A stretch of 64,000 bases of DNA from assembly GCA_010093705.1 (NCBI GenBank), contig MU006099.1:806001-870000 (forward strand), in the 5' to 3' direction. The position numbers and the translations under genes are program-made. Shown here piece after piece: positions 25,893-38,493 of this stretch (positions are counted from its first letter, which is position 1; every line of letters starts with the position of its first letter). A model generated the notes under the pieces. It did no database searches, had not been told where the DNA came from, and saw nothing but the letters and a program-made list of their open reading frames with translations. This DNA is from Patellaria atrata CBS 101060 (lineage: Eukaryota).

Positions 25893-27658
25893 ATGACAAC
25901 CCGCCCTATACCTACAAGAACCAGTACTACTGCTACGGATGACGATGCAGTCCCCGGTGAAGATACCAGTGAGGTATGCATACAGTTGTATTTTTCGGAG
26001 CTGTGACGCTCTTGGAGCTTTTGATAAGACGTGATCAGGATGGACTACGGAAGGGTTTCTGATATAAGCCTCCTGAACACAAATACTTTAAGGCGGTTTC
26101 TTGTGTAGCTGTCAAAATGGCTGATCTAAGAACGACTACAGGTTACTAGATTATTTCAGGAGCGTCTCCAAGCTTGGAAACATGCGGTAGTCTACCTCGA
26201 AGACTATATCGGCGCGACTGAGAAGGTGCATCACGCGCACGGTAAAGAATACGAGAAGGTCTTGAAGGTACTGGCGCTATTCATCTTAATATTGGTGGGC
26301 GCGCTGTGCTAATGGAGAACGTAGACCGTATCGCACCCTCTGAAAGAGGGAACGCATTTCTCCCAGAGTCTGGGGGGAGTCGCAGGCATGTTTGATAATA
26401 TTCGCTCGAATACGCAGGTAGGTATAACATCTTAATATACCAAACATTCCTTGTCTGAAGATCCGCAAAGGGCATATCCAATTCCCATTCCGATACGGCC
26501 AAGGTCTTGAAAGGCTCAGTGCTACCAGTTTTCGAACGCTTGCACGCTGAAATTAAGAATAAGAATAAAGAGCTCACTAAAGGTGCAGGCAAGGGAGCAA
26601 AGTTGGTTGACAAGGCCCGGAATTCTACTCAGAAGCAGATTGAACTGTTTGGCCAGCATACTGCTACCTTTGACAGCACAGGTGGGCGCATACGTGCCGA
26701 AGACGATCCCTATGTTCTTCAACGTGGTGTTTTGCACCGTCTCAACAAGCAAGTCATCGAAGAGAACAACAATCGACAAGATCTCCTGGCCGTGCAGGAT
26801 GGCTTCGCTCAATTTGAAGCACATGTGCTACAAACGGTTCAGACTGGTATGGGCCAATTTATGCAAGTCGTTAACGGACAGGCCGAACAAAGCAAGGCCA
26901 TGTACTCCGACATGGTTGGAACCATCCAGCGTATTCCTCCTGACTTCGAATGGAAAGGGTTCCTCTCACGTAACACGCACATACTGATCGATCCTAACGT
27001 TCCCCAACGGACCGTCTCCAGCATTCAATTTCCCAACCAGAATCACCGTTCCACAAAGCCTCTTATTGCAGGCTCGCTGGAAAAGAAGGGTAAGCTCCTC
27101 AAGAGATATGAAACGGCATATTACGTCGTAACGCCTTCGAAATACCTCCATGAGTTCAAGACCGACGATGACTTCGGCAAGGAGCCGACCCCTGAAATCT
27201 CGCTCTATCTCCCTGACTGTGTTGTCGGTGGCATCGACGGTCAAAAGTTCAATGTCAAGGGTAAAGACGTTTCAAAGGGCTCTGTCGGGAACAAATTCAG
27301 CATGAGCCACGAATTTGCGTTTAAAGCACATACGCCTTCTGATGCGCAAGCCTGGTGGGAAACGCTCCGCAGCGCAGCTGGACAGGTCACGAACGAGCTA
27401 CCGGAAGCTAGCACGGTTAATAGCCCCGTGAGCCCTGTCGATCAGAAGGAAAAGATGCCAGCGTTACAGACGGAGAATCTGCCGCAGCAAACGCAAACAC
27501 AAGGGGTGACGAGCGCCGGAACGACAGCTCCGACTACGGCAGGCACTAGTAAGAGTAGTATACAGAGTCCACAGACGGCGAGTACGGCTTCGACAAGTGC
27601 AGGGACGGGAGTAGCGTCTCCGACTACCGGAATTGAAAAGCAACCGGGCCAGTCGTAA
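25893..27658 (+). CDS. Slm1-like BAR/PH-domain protein
   Basis: Motifs LFQERLQAWKHAV.YLEDYI, DDPYVLQRGV, and a PH domain (GSLEKKGKLLKRYETAYYVVTPSKYLHEF...FAFKA...WWE). Three introns in the 5' part. Confidence 0.85.
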
Positions 27659-28041
27659 CTTAGGGGTTCGTAGATATGATGATCCCGAAAACGACGGATA
27701 AGTGTGATGGGACATGATCAGGAGGGATAGCGACTCGGACACACTTTACGTTGATGTATTTTCTTTACGTTTCCTTTAATTTGTGCGCCTTGACGATGAT
27801 AACTTGACGATACTTATATTTAGTTTATTCAATGAACCCCGTCGGTAATGTAGACTGGCAACTTGGCCTACTTTCCAGTTCGATGTCCGGTAGCATCCAT
27901 GTACTCTCCCTTATATGCACTAATATGCGATCAAACTAGACACATACCAGTTCTCTCAGTTCCGCTCAAAACTATGGAGTCATGAGTTCTCTGAAAAATA
28001 AGGCTAAATTCGGATAGATCGTCATGAAAACATGCTTTGTA

Positions 28042-29494
28042 TCAGTCCCACACCTGCCGTACATTGAGATTGATCCGCTTGTTCGCCATCCAACCTTTCC
28101 AATGTGCATACGGATCTCTTTGTTTGCTTGTAGGATAGCTGATATCATCAGTACCAGTTCTATTCTCGAACCGGGAGCATTCGATCTCGTTCACTTCTTC
28201 ATCACGTTTCCCACATACGAGCTCTGCAGGCCAGTCTTTCAGGAATTTCGGAGAGGTTCCCTCGATGACCTTCGGAACGCCGTGCCATGCGAACCTACTC
28301 TTCCCCGTCATGAAGACGGCATCACCCGAGCGGAGACGGAGGACGATGCATTCGCAGTTATTTTCAGCTTCCGTACAAGCACTATTTTCGAATTTTGACC
28401 CGTCGGACGATTTGTGAGATGGTTCGTTTTCTAGCCCAAGCACGAGGATGCCATCACAACCTATGCTCATGCTCACGAGACCTTTTCCCACTTCCTCACT
28501 AACATCGCGATGTACGCTGAGCGTGTCGCCCGCAGAGTATATGTTCACGATCGCCGCTTGTGGGATCATGGAATACCATGTCTCTGCAACGTGAGAAGAG
28601 GAAGTTTCCTCACCCTCCGTATCAGTTTCGTATGTGATTTCACCACCGTTCTGCTCCACCTCCGAACGAGAAGATGGAGCGGAATCGGAGAACAAACGAG
28701 AGAGGAGGAATGAAAGGTCTGCAGGAAAGGGAGGGGCCGGGGTGGAAGGGTAGGTCTTCTGAGTCCAGTCGTACTGAGCCCCGAGGGTGAACCACCGAAG
28801 TTTAGAGGAGAGGAATGAGGAAAATGGGAGAGGCTTGTGCAAGGTTAAATCTCTTGGGGGAAACGGTTCGAAAGATTGTATTCCACCATCTGAAGAAGCG
28901 ATGGCGATAGGAAAGGACGTCCTAGCGGAAGCTTTCTTTGAGAGCTTAGGAGATGTTGGTGAAGATGGAAGGGAGAAGAACGAAGCGTGATTGGGAGGAT
29001 ATGAAACGTGGTAGTGGGTGTGGATGTTAGAAAGATGGGAGGGGTTTGAGAGGTCCCGGTGAAGGAGTCGGGAGAGGAGAGTGAGTTGAATGCGAGGAGG
29101 GAGAAGAGAGGGGATGATGTAGAGACCTGACGAACGGTATCAGATGGAAAATTGAAATAGAGCGTTGGAAAAAGGAAATGTAAAATTGAATTATTCAATT
29201 ACCTGGCATGGAAGAATGCTCATAGATACGAACGCTTTGGAGATCCATACATGATATAGTACTTAGTTCGTGTGGAGAGCCATAGTGAACGAATTCATTG
29301 TAGATATCAGAGAGATGCTCAGGTTGGAACACGCTGACTTGTCTTACACATTTTCTCTGCGCCTGTGATAGATCTCTGGTTAAATCGATTATATCAGAAT
29401 CTTGATCTAGAGCGCGGATTGACGATTTCTGGTAGTCCTTATAGATTTTGCGGATTCGATCCGGAGGTCGCTGATAGGGATCAAGATGCTCCAT
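28042..29494 (-). CDS. AlkB-family 2OG-Fe(II) dioxygenase (ALKBH1/Abh1-like)
   Basis: Motifs KLRWFTLGAQYDW, QAAIVNIYS.GDTLSVHRDVSE (HxD), LRSGD, AWHGV and RINLNVRQV. One intron (about 29201-29127) joins the exons in frame. Confidence 0.92.
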
Positions 29495-29562
29495 GGCGGG
29501 CCTGTTCTAATGCTCGATCGAGATATGTTTCCTTTCTCGTCCGAAGTTGAGGAATAATTAAT

Positions 29563-29618
29563 TTGAAATCTGAAATCTGATAACTGATAACTGATGTTCG
29601 ACGTTTGATGTTTGAATA
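29563..29618. repeat. Degenerate heptamer array (YYGANNN x8)
   Basis: Read directly: ttgaaat ctgaaat ctgataa ctgataa ctgatgt tcgacgt ttgatgt ttgaata. Confidence 0.65.
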
Positions 29619-30003
29619 TCTCGATGTCTGATTTATGATTTACCACCATTTTGCCGATGTAGCCAATCATCGCGCGCAGAACCCTCAGCAACAGTTTTGT
29701 GTACCTTACCTCAAGATGTTTACCTTAGACACGCCTCAAACCTCCGACCACACCCAACATCCATCACGCTTCTTTCAAAGGTCCAAGCACAACCTACTAA
29801 CCAGCGGGCACCTTAGAATATTCTCTTCCTCGCTCATCACATTCTTCTCGATTCGAAGCTCACACCCGGGGAGGAGAGCCGAATCAACCTCATTTGAAGC
29901 GACCTGAAGGGGTAAACGAATCTTTCTCCCTAATCTCACAGACTCAAGAAGTCTCAATCCCTTCGGAAAGGATACAAACTTCCTCCATATCAAGAGTACT
30001 GCA

Positions 30004-31233
30004 ATGGAGAACTACCAGAAATTGGAGAAGATCGGAGAAGGTACAACACCCCACGTCCACTATACTCTCACAAACATTATAACCATGGTTGCGCGAATGC
30101 TAATCTATAGCCGCAAATAGGAACTTATGGCGTTGTCTACAAGGCTCGCGATCTTCTCGCCAAAGATCAACGTATAGTAGCCCTCAAGAAGATTCGTCTT
30201 GAAGCTGAAGATGAGGGCGTTCCCTCCACCGCAATTCGCGAAATTTCATTGCTGAAGGAAATGAACAATGAGAACATCGTTCGTCTACTCAACATCGTGC
30301 ACGCTGATGGTCACAAGCTCTACCTCGTTTGTGAGTTCCTCGAATTGGACTTGAAGAAGTATATGGAAGCACTACCGGTCAGCCAGGGAGGACGGGGTAA
30401 ACCTCTACCCGAGGGAAGCGTCATGCAGCACAAAGGTCTAGGGCCAGAGATGGTAAAGAAGTTTATGACTCAGTTAGTTCAAGGAATTAAACACTGCCAT
30501 TCGCATCGTGTTCTGCACAGGGACTTGAAGCCTCAGAATCTGCTCATTGACAAGGATGGGAATTTGAAGCTCGCAGATTTCGGCCTTGCCAGAGCGTTTG
30601 GCGTACCATTGAGGACATATACGCATGAGGTATTTCACCCACTCCTTTTCGGCACCTTGATTGGATGAAGACTTTGCTGATAGATCTCAAAAGGTCGTCA
30701 CTCTCTGGTATCGCGCACCGGAGATTCTCCTCGGTGGCCGCCAGTATTCAACTGGTGTCGACATGTGGTCGGTCGGCTGTATCTTCGCTGAGATGTGCAC
30801 TCGGAAGCCCCTATTTCCCGGTGACTCAGAGATAGACGAAATCTTTAAAATCTTCAAGTACGTTCTATACCTTCTCCTTACGTTCACTTTCCACGGTACG
30901 GGAACTATCAATCCCACTCTCTTACAGTTTCAGGCTTGAAATCCTTCAAGACTTCCCTCTAACCATACCCTGAACAGGATCCTTGGTACGCCCACCGAAC
31001 AAGATTGGCCCGGCGTAACATCGTTCCCAGACTTCAAACCCTCGTTCCCCAAATGGCAGCGCCAGGATATTGCGGATGTGGTCCCTGGCCTCGATGATAA
31101 CGGCTGGGATCTTCTCGACGCTATGCTTGTCTACGACCCCGCTGGCAGAATCTCGGCGAAGCAGGCAATAATACATCCCTATTTTACGGAGGGCGTCAGT
31201 GTTGGTCTGGAGGCAAGGAATGGTTTCTATTAA
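30004..31233 (+). CDS. CDC28: Cyclin-dependent kinase 1 (Cdc28/Cdc2/NimX)
   Basis: Motifs [66 protein letters not shown] and GDSEID. Three introns. Confidence 0.97.
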
Positions 31234-32024
31234 GGGTAGGTCGGCGGCTATAAAGGGGCGTCGGGGAGGCCTGCTTGGGAAAGGACCGAAACGGGTAGAA
31301 ATGGTCTCGGATATATGCATATATTGATGATTATTATTGCCTCACGAGAGCATGGGATTCCATTGTCTAGGATTGAGCTTCTTGGGTTTTGTTGGAAGAA
31401 GTGCTGGACCACGGCAAATGGGCGTTGAAAGATTCTGGACTAAAAAAACTTCGGGACTTATTGTTAATGCTGATGTGGGTTATGAAATGCATCTGTATTA
31501 TCTCTCCTTCCTTGAACTGGGTGCATTCGGGGAAAACTATAATCTGGTTGCACGTCTACTCACCTACTCTAGTACGTACGATTATTGCACACAAGCTACT
31601 TTATATATGCAACTAACATCTCCGGATCGAAACTTCGCAATCTGCATAGTCAAGACGAAGGACTTCTGTCCAAAACCCAGGACCTCACTGTGTTCCAAAG
31701 AAAATAATAGCAGTCGCACTGAGAATCCGCCTCAATTTGGAAGCAGAACGTCTGTCACATAAACTAGGATTCATATAGTTCTATATAGTACTGGTAAACG
31801 TACTAGGGTATCATCCTCATTCTCGCCAGAGCGCCTTGTACCAGAACCCCCCAATAGAAAAGGAGCCCGAATTGACATAACACTCACACTTGCCATAAAT
31901 CTGGTATATAGCGGGCATTAGATAGTTGTCCACCACCAAAGTTGTATATGGTATAGAATACCCCACAGCATACTAGGCTAAGACGCAAGTCTAGCTCTAG
32001 TAACAGGTATATAATCCCAACATC

Positions 32025-34164
32025 CTAATCGATTATGACGGGAATGTCACGAACCCATTGTTCGATCTCGAGACCCCTTTCAGTATCGTCAGAGATGAAC
32101 AGGTTCTTAAGAAGCCACGCCATGTATGTAATCTCTGTGGCGGTCCGCCCTCTCAAGGATTTCCCCCTCCCGCATGAGTCTTTAAAAATCTTCGCGAATA
32201 CAGCTACTTCGCTACGGTTCTTGGAACTATATCTTGCTAAGCCGAAAATCAGGGCCTCCTTTTCCTCTTCACTCCAGCCTTGGTCATCCATCATGCGCCA
32301 CCAATTCGGGGAAGACCGTTTATCGCTCTTTGTGGGGAAGACCTCGATGCGATCGAAGGGTTCGCCGTTGGCATCGATATCATAATGGTTGGCTGGCTCG
32401 ATAGGCCATTCTGGTGCGGCTAGATGACCGTATCTCCGAGCGTCAGGCTCAGCTAAAAGTCGTGCGGTGTGCAGTGCAATCCAACGACGCCTTCTTGCGT
32501 CTTTGACAGCCTGTTCTTGTTCCCTTTGCACCCGAATAGCTTCCTCCAGCTGTTGTACTCTTAGCCCCTTCTCTTTTCTCCTAGCTGCTTCTTGTTGACT
32601 GTCGTAGATATCGAGTTCTCTCTGGAAACCTTTGTAGATTGGCTCTAACTTTACGAAAATACCCTTGACTGGTTTAATGACGCCCATGTCGCGGGGCCGA
32701 TATGTGACAGAGTGTAGTTTTTGTTTGATGTCAAGGATAATTTTCATGATCCGGGTTATTCTTCGCAATGAAGAGACAAAGAGATCGGTGTCCCGTTGAC
32801 CCCGATGAATGATAGTATTGTGATAGTTAGTGGAGTGGCAAAGCACTCTAGTTAGACACGGAACTATCGTCGTGTACACATCCTGCACTAATTCTTTAGT
32901 CTTGAAGTTCATACTAGCAATATTGTTTTGAAGGTCATCTAGCACGTCATTGACTTCGACCAACGCCTTCTTGATATCGTCCCTTGTTCTCGGTTTGGCC
33001 TCATAACTTGATCCCATAGTTTCACACTCTCGGTATATTTCCTCGCCGACTTCTGTAAGAATCTCAAAGTCACGTGTTGTTTTCGACCCTTGACTATAAG
33101 AGACTCCGACGGCTTTAATTGACCGGTATAGTCCACGAAGATTAATCTTTCGACCGAATAGATTGTCCTGGCTCTCTGTTTCCGACACTGCATGTTCCGA
33201 CTCTTGCTCCACCGGTGTAGAAGATTTCCTGTAGGAAGACCTTTCATCCTCCTGTTCGGCGTCTTCGTTGGGTCCATGATCTAATCCGCGACCATCATCC
33301 TTGTCAGGAGGATCATCCACTTCAATAACCACATTCACATTTGAGCCCTTCGGGGGTCTGCCGCGGCGCTTTGGTTGCGCCTGCGACGGTTTCGCAGCTG
33401 TGAGTTCTGATTCTTGTCTTGGGTCATACTGCTGCGCCGTACTAGATTCTCTATGACCCGACTTTCGGGTGGTTTGTTTCTTTTTTGCTCTTTGTGATTC
33501 AACCGTGGATGGTAACTTGTTTCCTAATGACCTTGTGGTACGGGTTGAAGACTTCGCCGACGAGCGTGTAACTTGCTGATTCCCCTCGATTGTTTTAGTT
33601 GTGGGTTCAATCACCTCATCAGCCTGTTTCCGGTTATTCTTGGGTCGAACAGTACTCGGGCTAGGACGTTGTATCCGGAAATCATGCAGACCATCACCGT
33701 CACCTGTTTTCGATCTCGTTCTTACATTCGGGCTGGGTAGAGACCGTGAGGTGTTTAATAGCGACGCAGATTCGGCCGCCAATACTGTCTCATTGGAGAT
33801 TGCAGCACCAGGGCTAAGAAAGCGTACTGCAGTTGCTAGCACAGCTTCTGTCTTGTCCTCTTTCGATAGAGCTGCGCCCATACTGCGCGTCTGTTCCGTC
33901 AGCAATTGGTTTGACGGCAAATCCTGCGGTTCTGCGCTTTCGGTTTCAGAATCGGAATCTACGTGTCTTCGATAAGCGACGTCGGTGATAGGTTAGGTGC
34001 AATCAGGTGAAGTCGAGGCAAGACGAACCCGTTTCGGGGAGATCATGAGCAAGATCAGACACATTAGGTCCTTCTTCATCCTCAAGTTCCTCATCCTGCG
34101 AAACATTATCCATCTCATTCTCTGAGTCCGACTCCGGATCAGCGTTATCGTTCCTTTTGGCCAT
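32025..34164 (-). CDS. Hypothetical nuclear protein with AT-hook, coiled coil and C-terminal Myb/SANT-like segment
   Basis: A 631-aa ORF extends upstream through a plausible intron (GTTCGT...CCTAAC...TAG) to an ATG at 34164 with an acidic N-terminus. Contains KRRGRPPK and WSEEEKEALIFGLARY...LRGRT. Confidence 0.75.
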
Positions 34165-34479
34165 GTTTTGATATTGTGTTTAGTTCAATTAGATGGCGAA
34201 GATTGGATCAGAAATGGAAGCTGGATGGATGGGGTCAAAGATGGGGTAAAACACGTCGCGTCCTCCACTGTCCCGTCCTCACATGAGCTGCTTTGTCAGC
34301 CGAATGCTTTAAAGTTACTATACTGCCGTACTGTAACATGGAATGGGAGCTACCTTACTTGACCTCATTCGTATTTACAGTACATCAGCCCGACAACTAC
34401 CTTACCTTACCGTACGGCTCAGTTCCTACGGTAACATACATCTACCCTAAACACAACAAAAAGAGACAAATCCATTAAC

Positions 34480-36051
34480 ATGACCCTAAACCCAGCTCAA
34501 GCTTCTTCCTTACGAGTCTTTGAGCAAAACGAAACAGCTAGTTTTCAGGTCCCTTCAAAGAAGATCAATGAAGGTGAAGATGTATTATTTTGGCTTAAAT
34601 CAAGGGCATACGCGGATATTATGACTTTTATATTGCAACTCAACGCTGCTATGTTCCCTAGCAAGATTTCTCGTACCGATTCCCATGATTCAGGAGTACA
34701 GATATGGGAGCTCGACACACCAGTTGTCAAGTTTTCGCCAACCGTAGAACGATTGCAAACTCTCATTTGCAAGCTTGACTCGATAATTGAAGAAGCTCCT
34801 CCAGATAAAGGTCCCCGTAGGTTTGGTAATATTAGTTTTAGAAGATGGTACGAAATTGTCAATAGCCGCCTACAAGCTCTTCTGGACGAATGTTTACCAA
34901 GTGAAGTATTATATTTCGGCAACCCGATCGATGGTGATACATCATCTAAGGATGAACTTTCAGCCTATCTTTACGATAGTTTCGGAAGTGCACAGAGACT
35001 AGACTACGGTACAGGTCACGAGTTGAGTTTCCTGGCATTTTTAGCTGGCATCTGGAAGCTACATGGCTTTGCTACTGGAGAACCCGGCGTCGAGGAACGT
35101 GGTATCGTGCTTGGTGTGATAGAACCGTACGTAATCCTACACTGAGAAGGACTACTCTACTCACCGAGAATAGGTATCTACGTCTAATTCGACGACTGAT
35201 ATTGACCTATAATCTTGAGCCCGCTGGATCACATGGCGTATGGGGTTTGGATGACCACTCGTTCATTCCTTATATCCTGGGTTCAGCACAGCTATCACCA
35301 GCAGTTGCGTCTCTTGCAGATATTCCCACAGAAGGATCATTACCGGGCGCACCAAACCCCGCGGACGTAGCCAAGTCCCCTATAGTGGAGAGGGAACGGA
35401 AGAAGAATCTCTATTTTGGGGCTGTTGGATTCATATATGACGTTAAGAAAGGCCCATTCTGGGAGCACAGTTCCGTTCTTTATGACATATCAGGGGTCAA
35501 AGCAGGTTGGGCAAAGATTAATAAGGTAAATATCTGGTTAGTTAAGATTTGGACACATTCACTAATGATGCTATCAGGGTATGCTCAAAATGTATAATGC
35601 AGAAGTATTATCGAAATTTCCAGTTGTACAACATTTTCCGTTTGGCGCTCTGTTTCGGTGGGAAAGAGATCCTAATGCGTTACCCGCTGAATCCTCTATT
35701 CATATGACGAGCGAACCCACAAGACACCCAGCTGTCAGCGTAGGCACAGGGAACCCTTCTAGGCCTTCAATGCACGAATCCTCTAGGGCTCCTTGGGCTT
35801 TGAATCCTAGGTCGTCGACAGCAACCCCAACATCACGGTTTCCAATTGTACCGTCAGCCCAAAGGACATCCATGGAGAAGACTACAAGAGCACCGTGGGC
35901 AGTCAACTCATCGGCGGCTCATTCTGTGCTCCCGGTACCTAGACCCGGCACACCTAGTGCTTTTAGCAGTGGCGGGTCTACAACAGTACCGTGGGCTCGA
36001 CAAGAAGAAATTGATTCAAGGACGAAGACTGGATCGCGAAGAATACCTTGA
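34480..36051 (+). CDS. RRD1: PP2A phosphatase activator (PTPA) Rrd1
   Basis: Motifs [55 protein letters not shown] and [18 protein letters not shown]. Two introns. Confidence 0.93.
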
Positions 36052-36644
36052 GCTGGAAAAGATAGGCCTTAACACTAGAATCTAAAGATCCTATATCAAG
36101 TTGCTCAAGTTGTTCAAGTCATCCTGTTTGCGCGGAAGTTAGGAGGCTATAACAGTTGATCTAAGTCTTTGATCGTTTAAGATATCCGAAATCCTACTCG
36201 GTATATGCGTGCCCTCTATTATATTCACTCATCATCTGTCACCGTACGCTCAGTGCATACACCCAATCTTACTCCGTTACAGAGACTCGCTAGTTTATAC
36301 TTCTGGATTGGGGCAAGGGGCCCTCAGACTATTTCAATTATCCTTGTCCTGTACAGTACCTGACAAGTGTTGCGAGTAGCAATGGATCGACAAGGAAAAA
36401 TATATAGGTTCGGGTACTTATTGAGCCTCAATATGATTAAAAGTATGGATTTCGATTTAGTAATTGTACTCTGAAGTTGATAAATAGAAAATTCTTTGAT
36501 AAAGTGATGTATGAGTGCTCGTTGAATGATCGTGAGGGTTCATGGACTCGTCCGAGCTTGTTGTTTTTCAGTTCTAAGCAAACGAAATCCTTCAATCTCA
36601 ATAGTACCATTACACACTCCACTATGATTGTACTTTAGAGTTCG

Positions 36645-38108
36645 ATGGGACCACTCCGAAGCATCGCGCTCGTTGTTCTACTCATCTCCTTCCTAACCTT
36701 TGTAGCTTTCTTCGGCAGACTTCCGGGTTTGAGGTTCGTGAGCTGCTTCTGCTTGGCTTGTCATCCGATGGATAGCATCACGCTGATAGGATCAGGAACA
36801 CACCTATTGGATTTCTTCACCGCGCAATATGGATATATATTCCTAATACCCTTCGCCATGTAGACCTTCTGGTCACTGGTGGCCGTTTCTCGCGCTCCGC
36901 TTTACGCTTGTTCAATTATCTCCTCTACGATAAGCATCCTGTGGTTCTGGTACGCGGCCTCACCTTCTCCTGTCTTACTGCAGAGTTGATGTATACAGAT
37001 CTTCTTTCTCGGCCTCATATCCGCCAGCGCTGCCCTTATAGTTCCTCGAACGTGGTCCAAGATCTCCTCCATTCACCATGTCGTGATTCCAGTTATCCTT
37101 CCGTTACCCTACCTATTCACCTACCTGGCCACATCCGCGCGCTTCTCACCCTACATCACGCGCGATAACCATGCGCGACATATGTCATATTATCCCTACG
37201 ATCGTATTCTTTACCATCCAGGCCATATGTGTCGAACATGTCTTTTTCTGAAACCGGCACGAAGCAAGCACTGTAGTATGTGTAAGACATGCGTCGCACG
37301 TAACGACCATCATTGCATCTGGGTGAATAATTGCCTTGGCCGTAACAACTACAGGTGGTTTCTTCTGCTTCTTCTGTCTACAAGTATGCTGCTCGCGTAC
37401 GGAGCATACCTTGCGTACATTGTCCTCACCCCGCTAGTAGAAGAGCAGAAGCGAGTTTGGCCGGAGGCACATTATCGCTCTCCTATACTTCCCGCGGGGC
37501 TGTCATTTTACGCTGCTCGGATTCATGCCATACAAGACGCATTCTTCCACTTTACAGATACGTTGATCACGGCTGTCGCAGTTGGCGGAGTGAGAATTGC
37601 TGCAGTTGGGTTACTGGCTTTCATGACTGCGCCATTACCAGCTGCGTTGCTAGGTTACCATATCTACTTGATATGGGCCGGTATGACGACTAATGAGAGT
37701 GCAAAGTGGTCTGACTGGCGACAAGACATGTATGATGGGCGTGTCTTCCTTGGAAAACAGTTACCATGGACGGATATTACAACGATGGGAAGTCGGGCCT
37801 GGAAAACACGAGATTCAATGCTTGACCGTAACCCTGATAACGACAATGATGCGTACACGGAAGACAATGCCTTTGATGTAGGAAAAGTTGAAGGAATAGC
37901 CCCGACAGAACCGCCAACAGATTGGCCCGTCAGACCTTCTCAAATCCTTGTCCAGACACGGGATGGCAAACCACCCCACGATCCTTTGCCCGAATCTTTG
38001 GTAGGTGTAGTTGATCCAGCGAGCTGGAAAAGGTGTTGGAGGTTGACGGAAGTGGAAAATATTTATGATCTCGGTTTCTGGGATAATCTCGTTGAAGTAT
38101 TGCGATGA
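36645..38108 (+). CDS. SWF1: DHHC palmitoyltransferase Swf1
   Basis: N-terminal [12 protein letters not shown], then YPYD.ILY, CRTC...[37 protein letters not shown] and [11 protein letters not shown]. Confidence 0.92.
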
Positions 38109-38493
38109 CATGCAAGCTTGGAGGAGGTTCTCGAACTGGTGAGTGTTATCTACACCTTTGTATACTAATCTAGCGGCATGTACATAGACACCACCTATGA
38201 AATCTTTGTGTACAGCACGAGTAAAGAGAGTATTTTTTGAGTTTATAGCTCTGAGCATGTCTATTTTGTACGAGTTAGCAATTGATCAGGACTGGGATTT
38301 CAACTTCGAACTAGAGCCCCTTTCCAACCCCCCCACCTCCCCACCCCTTTCTCGAATATCTAACAGACTTTAGTCACTGTACTGTGCTTATAAAAGTTTA
38401 GAATCCCGGTCGAGAAATTAACGAACCCCTTTCGTATGACCAACTGTACTGTAGTCTAGGAATAGTAGGAGGCGAAAGGACCTAAATCTCGGA

